Below, piece after piece: positions 24,161 to 30,985 of a stretch of 30,985 bases of DNA. The stretch is from the NCBI GenBank assembly GCA_964595185.1, contig CAZQOL010000003.1, forward strand, positions 1 to 30,985. Reading direction: 5' to 3'. The position numbers and the translations under genes are program-made. Position 1 is the stretch's first letter. The number at the start of each line of letters is the position of its first letter. This DNA comes from an uncultured Candidatus Saccharibacteria bacterium (GTDB lineage Bacteria; Patescibacteriota; Minisyncoccia; Phycocordibacterales; UBA9973). A model generated the notes under the pieces. The model was not told the origin of the DNA, searched no databases, and worked only from the letters and a program-made list of their open reading frames with translations.

Positions 24161-25864
24161 CTAATACACTTCATTCTGGTAGCAACGTTCACAATAAATA
24201 ATCTCTGGCCGATCTGGAGCATATGAAGTTTCAAATTCATTATTACAACCTTCTTTCATGCACTTTCGATGATATAATTTCATTGGATTTCTTTGAGCTA
24301 ATCTTTCATAGTGTCTACAATTAGGGCAGAGCCTGGGTAAGGGTAAATTCATGCGTTTATAGAATTGAAATTCTGCTTCGATGATTTTAAAAGCCTCCGT
24401 GCATTGGTGATTACAATCTTTATGAGCACATTCAATCACTTTATCAATAATGTCTTCTGAGATATTTTTAATATCATCTGGGATATCGTTGGTATAAATG
24501 TCTATATTGTAATTACGTTCTTCTTTGTCTTTCCATTTGTAACCTTGTTCTAAGGCTTCCTCTTTAGTTAATGGATAGTATTCTTGTGCTATTGTCTCAT
24601 TATAAGCAAATGGTGATAATTCGATTGGAAAGAATTCTCCGTATTTATATACTCTACCCTTACTATCTATATATGGCACATCGTTCATGTGTTTGATTAT
24701 TTTGGGCATCAATTCTTCGTATTTTTCCTTGGTGTATTGTTTGTTGAGGATGCAGTAAGACTTTTTTCTTAACCCCTCACATCCAAATAAATTAGAACAA
24801 TTGTGACATTCTTCACTATAATAAACATTCTGATTATCTAAATTTCTGAGACTAAAAGCCGTCCCAGACCCAGCAAAACCATGAGCAACTTCATATATAA
24901 GTTCTGCGTTAAATCCCTGAAAGGAAGTATCATAGCAATCTTTAGACTTATTTCTACAAAAAAATAGGTATTTAGAATCTTCTACTTCTCTTGAACTAAA
25001 ACAAGAATAAGAATTTTTTGCTTCATATAAATCATCACCAGTAGAGTTAAGGGATTTATATATACGAGAATAACGATGAGGAATAGTTAAATTTAAACTG
25101 TTTAATTGTTTTAAAATTTTTAAATGAGAACTATAACTACTAACATTTAGATCTTCAGTTAATTTTTGATATTCATCTCTAGTATACTGTTTATTAAAAA
25201 TACAATATTGTTTATTTACAAGATTGATACAACCAAAACAATTCATACAATTTCTACAATTTATTAAGTAAGAACTATCAACACAATCAATTGAATAAGA
25301 ACTAAAAAACAATTTATTCGCTCTACTACATTCAAAAATATCATAACTAAATTCTAATTTTTCAGAAAAAGCAACATCAAAAGAATCTCGAGAATCAATT
25401 ACCTGATTCCCAAAATAAACTCGCTCATTTAATTTGCCTCCGAAAAGCAAATAACAATCTTTGAAATCGAGTCCATAATTACAATAGTCACTATTAACAA
25501 AGTTGTCTCTATAAAGATTTTGCCTTGGGACTTTGTATTGAAGTGATCGGAATTGACTTAAAAATGGAATTGCAAAATCATATTCCTTACCATAATCAAC
25601 TGGATTCCATTTATCAGAAAGCCAACATTCTCTACAGTAGATAGTAAAGACACTATCTGGATTATATAAACTTAAAGTAAACTGATTGCATTTCGCGCAT
25701 TTTTGTCTATAAAAAACCCGATTATTTCTAAAAGCTAATCTTCTCTGAAATCTGCATTCTGGACAAAAAGTAGGTGGAGGAACTTTGATTTTTTCATAAA
25801 ACAAAAAATCATCTGGCTCGATGTTGAAATTAATCTTACAATTTTGACAAGTTCGTGTTTCCAT
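24161..25864 (-). CDS. Cys-rich zinc-ribbon/repeat family protein, paralog E (567 aa)
   Basis: Same architecture as paralogs A-D. Confidence 0.92.
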   Translation of the reverse strand: METRTCQNCKINFNIEPDDFLFYEKIKVPPPTFCPECRFQRRLAFRNNRVFYRQKCAKCNQFTLSLYNPDSVFTIYCRECWLSDKWNPVDYGKEYDFAIPFLSQFRSLQYKVPRQNLYRDNFVNSDYCNYGLDFKDCYLLFGGKLNERVYFGNQVIDSRDSFDVAFSEKLEFSYDIFECSRANKLFFSSYSIDCVDSSYLINCRNCMNCFGCINLVNKQYCIFNKQYTRDEYQKLTEDLNVSSYSSHLKILKQLNSLNLTIPHRYSRIYKSLNSTGDDLYEAKNSYSCFSSREVEDSKYLFFCRNKSKDCYDTSFQGFNAELIYEVAHGFAGSGTAFSLRNLDNQNVYYSEECHNCSNLFGCEGLRKKSYCILNKQYTKEKYEELMPKIIKHMNDVPYIDSKGRVYKYGEFFPIELSPFAYNETIAQEYYPLTKEEALEQGYKWKDKEERNYNIDIYTNDIPDDIKNISEDIIDKVIECAHKDCNHQCTEAFKIIEAEFQFYKRMNLPLPRLCPNCRHYERLAQRNPMKLYHRKCMKEGCNNEFETSYAPDRPEIIYCERCYQNEVY

Positions 25865-25900
25865 TTATTTTTTGACAGAAGTAATGGCTGATAGCTGTAT

Positions 25901-26440
25901 TTAATTTAAAAAATCATTCAAAGCTTTTCCTGAAATATAAAAATCAAGGTATTGACCCGTCCCTTCTCCATTATAAGAAACGTGAATTTGTTCAGGTATA
26001 TTATTTTTATAAAAAACTTCAACTTTTTCAGGTAAAACAGATCGGCTATAAATTTTTTCAAGAACTTTTGAATTCATTCCTGATAAATGAAACTCAGTAA
26101 TTGGGTCATAATTTCTTGATTTTGCTAGATAAATAAAAAGTTTTATTTCATTTTTATACTTTTCCACTTCATCCACCCAGCCTTCTTTTGGATTTTCAAT
26201 ATTATCCGACTTAAGGGATAAACTCTTATCTCCTAATATGGAATTTAATTCTCGCCAGTTGGGCTCGGTAAAACCCTGAGCTCCTCTTATCTCTTTTTCT
26301 GTTTTATCAGATAATTCACTTAATGAAGTAATTTTTAAAGAATTCTTCAAAAATTGATAGAGCCTAACACTTAAATCCAAATCGCTAATTAATAATGATT
26401 TACTTGCTCCTTCTTTCCCCAAAGAATATTTTTCGCTCAT
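25901..26440 (-). CDS. Hypothetical protein with N-terminal RNA polymerase alpha-CTD-like domain
   Basis: LLISDLDLSVRLYQFLK...ITSLSELSDKTEKEI...GF...RELNSIL...LSL parallels the alpha-CTD consensus I.ELELSVR..N.LK..I..IGDL...TE.EL....NFG.KSL.EI...L...GL.L. Confidence 0.65.
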   Translation of the reverse strand: MSEKYSLGKEGASKSLLISDLDLSVRLYQFLKNSLKITSLSELSDKTEKEIRGAQGFTEPNWRELNSILGDKSLSLKSDNIENPKEGWVDEVEKYKNEIKLFIYLAKSRNYDPITEFHLSGMNSKVLEKIYSRSVLPEKVEVFYKNNIPEQIHVSYNGEGTGQYLDFYISGKALNDFLN

Positions 26441-26446
26441 ATTTTA

Positions 26447-26452
26447 ATTATA
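26447..26452 (-). promoter_or_regulatory. -10 box TATAAT 6 nt upstream of ATG 26440
   Basis: Minus strand reads gaTATAATtaaaatATG. Confidence 0.55.
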
Positions 26453-26457
26453 TCTTT

Positions 26458-27318
26458 TTATATACTTTTTTCAAATTTCTTTTGTAATTCATTAAAGCTA
26501 TTTTTATACCATCCTTTGTCTTTTTCATATAACCAGTATTCAAAATTTTCGGCGTCAGTTCCATCTCTTAAAACAACAGCTTTGTTCGATTCTATGTCTT
26601 TATTAAATAGATTATGACGGGAACCATGGACCCCTTGCTCAAACACACTCGTTTCTTCTCGGCCAACTATTACTGGAGCTCCAAAATGACTACTGTCTTT
26701 ATTTGTTGGGTTATAAAAAAATCCTTCTTTAACAAATCCTATTTCTCCGTGATTACTTTTGGTTCTCGCCACAAGAGTAACCACACCCTTTTCATTGTTA
26801 GGATTAAGAATATATTTATTATATATTTCTTTTATTTTTGACGAATCCTCGGCATTTATTAATTCGAGTTCTTCAATAGAATAATCTGATTTTTTGCTAA
26901 TTTGATTTAATATTTGGCGGTCATAGAAAGAACCAGTGGGCAAATTTAAAGATTTATTTTTAATGATAGAAAGAATTTCTGATATACCCGTAACTCTATA
27001 ATATTTACCTTTTTCAATCGGTATTTCATTTAAATACTCAATACTGTTTCTTAATTTTTCTATTGAATCTTGAGTCTGCTGTATAGATGGAGGAATTTCA
27101 TCAGATTTTTCTAAACCAAACTCGGACCTAATATTATTTATTTTACTCGTAGTATTGTTAATACTATTTTCTTTTTGAGATATTTGTCGATTTACCTTAG
27201 ACAAAAAAGCAGAATTATCTCCTTTGAGAATATTTGTTTCTTGTTTGTGTTCAAAATTTTGCTCTTTTTTCTCAATCTGTTCAGGAATTAATTTTTGAGA
27301 GTTTTCTTGCTTTTCCAT
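26458..27318 (-). CDS. Hypothetical protein (N-terminal coiled coil plus globular C-terminal domain)
   Basis: Long open frame with the codon style of its neighbours; start placed at Met10 (27318). No family recognised. Confidence 0.7.
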   Translation of the reverse strand: MEKQENSQKLIPEQIEKKEQNFEHKQETNILKGDNSAFLSKVNRQISQKENSINNTTSKINNIRSEFGLEKSDEIPPSIQQTQDSIEKLRNSIEYLNEIPIEKGKYYRVTGISEILSIIKNKSLNLPTGSFYDRQILNQISKKSDYSIEELELINAEDSSKIKEIYNKYILNPNNEKGVVTLVARTKSNHGEIGFVKEGFFYNPTNKDSSHFGAPVIVGREETSVFEQGVHGSRHNLFNKDIESNKAVVLRDGTDAENFEYWLYEKDKGWYKNSFNELQKKFEKSI

Positions 27319-27426
27319 ATTGTTATTTAACCATAAAACGAACAATATATAAAGAAACTGGTGTGTTCATAGAAAAAATATTGATTACTTAAATTGGGTC
27401 CTATACTCGCAGAACTTCGAACTTTA

Positions 27427-27462
27427 TGTCTTAAAGAAATAGGATCCCCTATCTTTAAGACA
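27427..27462. terminator. Hairpin downstream of tRNA-His (possible terminator or 3' stabiliser)
   Basis: TGTCTTAAAG-aa-ATAGG-atcc-CCTAT-CTTTAAGACA; no clear U-tract on the minus strand. Confidence 0.4.
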
Positions 27463-27477
27463 CTTAATTTTAAATTG

Positions 27478-27549
27478 GGAGGTATATGGGATTTGCACCC
27501 ATGATAGCTCTTCCACAGAGAGCTGTGTTACTACTACACTAATACCTCC
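27478..27549 (-). tRNA. tRNA-His (GTG), with G-1 and C73; atypical D and T loops; CCA not fully encoded
   Basis: G-1, GAGGTAT/ATACCTC acceptor, GTGT/ACAC D-stem, GCTCT/AGAGC anticodon stem with loop CT-GTG-GA, ATGGG-TGCAAAT-CCCAT T-arm. Confidence 0.9.
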
Positions 27550-28028
27550 ATAAATTTTTCTTCTACATCTTTATCGTGATGGACAAGAAAATGACAATTG
27601 TGACACAACCAAACTAAATTTGAGATAGAATTATTTTTTCTATCACGGTCAATATGGTGCACAGCTAATATCCTTGTATCGTCAGTTTTACAAACTTTGC
27701 AAACTTTTGCAATTTTATTCCTAGACATTACACTCCTGTATGAATGTAGCCCATTTTTATAATTTGCGTGTTTTACTCCAATAAAAACCGAATTGCGCCA
27801 TTTTGCTTGGCAAGATTTATTACAAAAATAAGTTTTACTTTTTGAAACTCGTAAAGCTTTTTGTGTTTTATAAACTTCCTTACCACACGAATAACATTTA
27901 ACCACTTCCCCAGTTCTACTACCAACTCGCATACACTTCTGTGAACAATATTTCGCATGCCCGTTCTTAAGGAAAAACGGTTTTGCATAAAATTCATTAG
28001 CACAAATTTTACATGAAACTATCGGCAT
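27534..28028 (-). CDS. HNH endonuclease with two N-terminal zinc-finger repeats
   Basis: CKIC...YCSQKC; CYSC...FCNKSC; CKVC...VHHIDRDRKNNSISNLVWLCHNCHFLVH. The last 16 nt overlap the tRNA-His 5' end. Confidence 0.9.
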   Translation of the reverse strand: MPIVSCKICANEFYAKPFFLKNGHAKYCSQKCMRVGSRTGEVVKCYSCGKEVYKTQKALRVSKSKTYFCNKSCQAKWRNSVFIGVKHANYKNGLHSYRSVMSRNKIAKVCKVCKTDDTRILAVHHIDRDRKNNSISNLVWLCHNCHFLVHHDKDVEEKFMEVLV

Positions 28029-28053
28029 ATTGTTATTTTATCAAAATAACAAT
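28029..28053. promoter_or_regulatory. 11-bp perfect inverted repeat abutting the HNH start codon
   Basis: ATTGTTATTTT-atc-AAAATAACAAT, directly adjacent to ATG 28028. The regulatory role is inferred. Confidence 0.55.
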
Positions 28054-28080
28054 TCCATGTAAACTAGCCGTTTTCTGAAT

Positions 28081-28122
28081 AGTTCCACAAACTCTAGTGC
28101 TAACCATTACACTATAGGCACC
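28081..28122 (-). pseudogene. Truncated tRNA-His (GTG) 5' half (positions -1 to about 41)
   Basis: G-GTGCCTA-TA-GTGT-AATGGTTA-GCAC-T-AGAGT-TTGTGGA-ACT, then no T-arm and no pairing acceptor strand. Confidence 0.8.
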
Positions 28123-28209
28123 ATGACGACTCTAAATAAAATTATTCGAGTGATTACATCTTTATACCAGAAAAACGCCTATAAATCTAGGGCAAGAAAT
28201 ATATAGTTA

Positions 28210-30222
28210 TTATTTACAAATAAGACCTGTTGGTGGGTTAATAAGTTCTTTGTTTATACCTGTACTATCAATACAAAAATTATATTTAATCTCTCCTTTC
28301 TCTTTTGAGTAATCAGTTAGAATTGGAAATGTAAATGACCAAGCTTTTTGATTAGAATAACAATGTGCATTCTCATTTTCTTCTCCTAATATTTTTTTCA
28401 TTAAGAGAGAAATCGAACTTATTTCTTCACTTGTTTTCTTTGCATGGCCCAAAGGAGAAAATAATGATCCTGAAACTGGATCCATACAACTTCCATTTAG
28501 ATTTGAGCTCTTACCGTATGTGCCTTGTTTTTTATATAAACTTGAGGCTAATTTTCCAAAAGAAATAACATCATCTTTAATTCTTTTTTCCATAACCGTG
28601 TTAAAAAAATCAGTCATTAAAATAGAATTCTCTGGAATAACAATTTCATTTTCTTTATCAAAATCGAAATAAGTCGTCTTCCATTTAAAATTTATTTTAT
28701 TATCTCCAATGCTTGCATCTTCAAATCCAATTATTTTGGATAACGGAATATCTGCCATAACACTATATTGATATATATTGTTATCATCTTTACCTACCCA
28801 AACATCAAAGGAGTTTATAGTGCTCGAACTTAAAATTAAATTCAAATTATCTTTCTCGTCTTTTGAAATATTGGAAATGAAATTATCTACAATTTTATCC
28901 AAAAGTTTTTTTAATAATTGCTTATCGACATTAATAGAATAATGGTAAGTATCAATGCCCTTAATATTTTCTTGTCCTTTCTCAATTATTTCATCGTCAT
29001 TAATTAATAGGTTATATTCTCCTATAGTTTCACTGTTTATGTAGGAAGCAAGTCCGTTCGACAATATACTATAAGTATTTATTTTATTTAGCTTAGATTC
29101 AACCTCCGCATTAAACAGTCTTGGGATAAGGGTTATTTCTTTCTCATTGATTTTAATAAAATCTGATGAAGAATTATCTTCTTTCAACATCTGGTTAAAA
29201 CTGGAAGCTGAAACAAAGAGATCCGAGCCATCATTTTTAATATTTGAAGTAATATAATCTTCTAAAACTGAACCCTTGGCGTTTATTAATGTATCCGAAA
29301 TTGAATGATTGTCTTTTCTGTTAATCTTTCCGAGGATATTAATTATCAGAGTATCTTTATCTAAGGATTGGACTGCTTCCCCACTCAACAATCCGTAAGT
29401 AATATTTGAAAAAGAAGGAGAGGAAATCTCGATATTAGTTTCAGTCTTATATGCTTCTAAAGAAGATAAAGTCTTTGAATTACTTAATAACAAAACTTTT
29501 GGATCTTTTTTAATTAAAGAAAAATTAGTGTCACCATTGGCAAAAAACCAAATCATTCCCGCGGCTAATAAGAGAACTAAAATAAAGATAATCCATTTTA
29601 AGAATTTTTTCTTGTTTGGTTTAACTAACTCTGGGCTCTCTTGATTTACCAACAACAAATCACTCTTAAAAGATGAGAGCATGGCCCCTTGAGGCAAATT
29701 ATTTACTAATGATTTTTTGGGAGGTTGATTATCAATATTTGAATTTTTTGTGTCTTGAATAGTTTTTTTCGGCACAGAAATAGAATCAAAAGAATTCAAA
29801 GGTTTTTTGGGTATAAGAGTTGGAATAAACTCTTCTTTTTTTTCAAAATTTTCTTGATTAGTTTTCTCTTGTTTTATTATGGGGTTTTCCAACTCAAGAT
29901 TTGAAACTGAAACTTCATTTTTTTCTACCTGCTTAACTGGAACTGCCCGAGGAACCCAAACATTCGAAGGATTTGTATCTTTTTTCTCAATTATTTCTGG
30001 TTTCAATTCATCAGCTTTGGGTAATTCTGCTTTAAATATCTCTATTTCTTTATTTTGGGATTCAGATGAAATTATTTTTTCATTATTTTCTAAAGTCAAA
30101 AAACCTTCATCAATATCCGCTCTGTGCCAACCAGCTCCAAGAAGGTTGGAGATGATAGTATTTTTGGGCACATCTTTTGAAATTTGTTTGTTTATATAGG
30201 AAATTAACTCAGAAGTTATCAT
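28210..30222 (-). CDS. Bitopic membrane protein: cytoplasmic N-domain and low-complexity linker, TM helix, LolA/LppX-like beta domain, pilin-like Cys-containing C-terminus
   Basis: N-terminal LISYI...I...LLGAGW...IDEGF; TM WIIFILVLLLAAGMIWFFA; GQENIKGIDTYHY and DVWVGKDDNNIYQ; C-terminal C...CYS...AWS...FCIDSTG...C. Confidence 0.6.
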   Translation of the reverse strand: MITSELISYINKQISKDVPKNTIISNLLGAGWHRADIDEGFLTLENNEKIISSESQNKEIEIFKAELPKADELKPEIIEKKDTNPSNVWVPRAVPVKQVEKNEVSVSNLELENPIIKQEKTNQENFEKKEEFIPTLIPKKPLNSFDSISVPKKTIQDTKNSNIDNQPPKKSLVNNLPQGAMLSSFKSDLLLVNQESPELVKPNKKKFLKWIIFILVLLLAAGMIWFFANGDTNFSLIKKDPKVLLLSNSKTLSSLEAYKTETNIEISSPSFSNITYGLLSGEAVQSLDKDTLIINILGKINRKDNHSISDTLINAKGSVLEDYITSNIKNDGSDLFVSASSFNQMLKEDNSSSDFIKINEKEITLIPRLFNAEVESKLNKINTYSILSNGLASYINSETIGEYNLLINDDEIIEKGQENIKGIDTYHYSINVDKQLLKKLLDKIVDNFISNISKDEKDNLNLILSSSTINSFDVWVGKDDNNIYQYSVMADIPLSKIIGFEDASIGDNKINFKWKTTYFDFDKENEIVIPENSILMTDFFNTVMEKRIKDDVISFGKLASSLYKKQGTYGKSSNLNGSCMDPVSGSLFSPLGHAKKTSEEISSISLLMKKILGEENENAHCYSNQKAWSFTFPILTDYSKEKGEIKYNFCIDSTGINKELINPPTGLICK

Positions 30223-30228
30223 GCCTTT

Positions 30229-30234
30229 ATTATA
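30229..30234 (-). promoter_or_regulatory. -10 box TATAAT 6 nt upstream of ATG 30222
   Basis: Minus strand reads tagTATAATaaaggcATG. Confidence 0.55.
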
Positions 30235-30269
30235 CTATCTAATAAAATTTAAATAAAGTTTTATAAAAT

Positions 30270-30842
30270 CTAAAACTCGTAAACAAATAATTTACGTCCA
30301 AGTTTGTATTTACTTCTATTTAAGTCTATCTCGGCACTTGGTCTTTTGTTTGTAAATTTAAAAGAAAGCGAGACTAACCTTGTCCCCGGTTTTAATTCCC
30401 TATCGAATTTAGGAAGTAAATCATCCATAACATTGGGATATAAATAGGTAAAGATATGAGTAGCGTTCGATAAATCTTGATCAAAAAAATTTTTTCTTAA
30501 AATTGTTACATTATTATTAATTTTTTTCCTATTAAGATAGTTTCCTGCTTTAGATAGTAAAAATGGAAATACTCCATTTTCAATCCCAATATATTTTGCA
30601 TTCTTATTAAAATGAGTTAAATAAAACAACACCCTCCCATCGCCACAACCCAAATCATAAACAACGCTATCATCTTTGACCCCAAGTGCAATATTAATAT
30701 CTTTTAAAACAGCATTTGAAGAAGTCACAAACGGGGCTCTATTTTTAAAATTTCCAATCGTCCATAAAATAAACAAAACAATTATTATCAGAAGTAGGAT
30801 TAATAAAAAAACCTCAGACACATATAATAAAATATTTGGCAT
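30270..30842 (-). CDS. Membrane-anchored class I SAM-dependent methyltransferase
   Basis: N-terminal TM helix, APFV.S, YDLGCGDGR motif I, IGIE, FTYLYP...L..K...ELKPGTRLVS..F. Confidence 0.85.
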   Translation of the reverse strand: MPNILLYVSEVFLLILLLIIIVLFILWTIGNFKNRAPFVTSSNAVLKDINIALGVKDDSVVYDLGCGDGRVLFYLTHFNKNAKYIGIENGVFPFLLSKAGNYLNRKKINNNVTILRKNFFDQDLSNATHIFTYLYPNVMDDLLPKFDRELKPGTRLVSLSFKFTNKRPSAEIDLNRSKYKLGRKLFVYEF

Positions 30843-30935
30843 AATTTAATTATTATACTACATATTTGTTCTAATATATATTTTTTTATTTCTAAGGTGT
30901 GTAAAGTTTATTTTTTTAAAATAATATTGCAATAA

Positions 30936-30967
30936 AAAAATTACGCAAAATAAATTGCATAATTTTT
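30936..30967 (-). terminator. Probable intrinsic terminator of a gene beyond the window
   Basis: Minus strand AAAAATTATGCAA-tttatt-TTGCGTAATTTTT (one G-U pair) followed by further T residues. Confidence 0.5.
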
Positions 30968-30985
30968 AACTAATCTTTAAATATT

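Larger units (their letters stand above)
27478..28122 (-). mobile_element. Putative tRNA-His-associated HNH selfish cassette (tRNA 5' fragment, HNH gene, complete tRNA-His)
   Basis: HNH gene flanked by a truncated and a complete tRNA of the same anticodon; boundaries and mobility are inferred. Confidence 0.5.

Noticed and set aside
1757-25864. Diversity-generating retroelement acting on the Cys-rich paralogs
   Set aside because: No reverse transcriptase and no template/variable repeat pair differing only at adenines is visible in the window.
27550-28080. Group I intron with HNH ORF inside tRNA-His
   Set aside because: The upstream 5' half (GTGCCTA, AGAGT) cannot pair with the downstream 3' half (ATACCTC, AGAGC), the downstream tRNA has its own 5' half, and I see no group I core.
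628-30199. Short plus-strand and alternate-frame ORFs in the track (e.g. 628-810, 1030-1233, 2023-2223, 5163-5357, 7678-7902, 11101-11352, 22241-22537, 27773-28003, 29879-30199)
   Set aside because: All overlap longer, motif-bearing minus-strand genes and have no recognisable motifs; they are shadow ORFs.

Overview
AT-rich bacterial window in which every credible gene lies on the minus strand and TGA is used as stop (standard code). Gene content and style suggest a Patescibacteria (CPR, Parcubacteria-like) genome; this is inference, not a database result. Main contents: (1) five paralogs of a cytoplasmic ~560-aa Cys-rich family, one cut by the window edge and missed by the ORF track; (2) cutA and a dsbB/thioredoxin pair; (3) a vitamin B12 locus: class II ribonucleotide reductase nrdJ (split by a 1-nt frameshift), an ECF S-component, a cobalamin riboswitch carrying a perfect 26-bp palindromic insertion, and two exported transcobalamin-like (DUF4430) proteins; (4) an ABC exporter and a mannose cluster (three GH130 domains, PMI cupin, HAD-type PMM, ManC); (5) mscL, rsgA and a zincin; (6) an orphan RNA polymerase alpha-CTD-like protein; (7) a truncated tRNA-His 5' half, an HNH endonuclease and an overlapping complete but atypical tRNA-His, which looks like a tRNA-replacing selfish element; (8) a membrane protein with a pilin-like C-terminus and a SAM methyltransferase. 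Five genes have TATAAT exactly 6 nt before the ATG (probably leaderless), and several intergenic spacers are filled by 7-bp tandem repeats.
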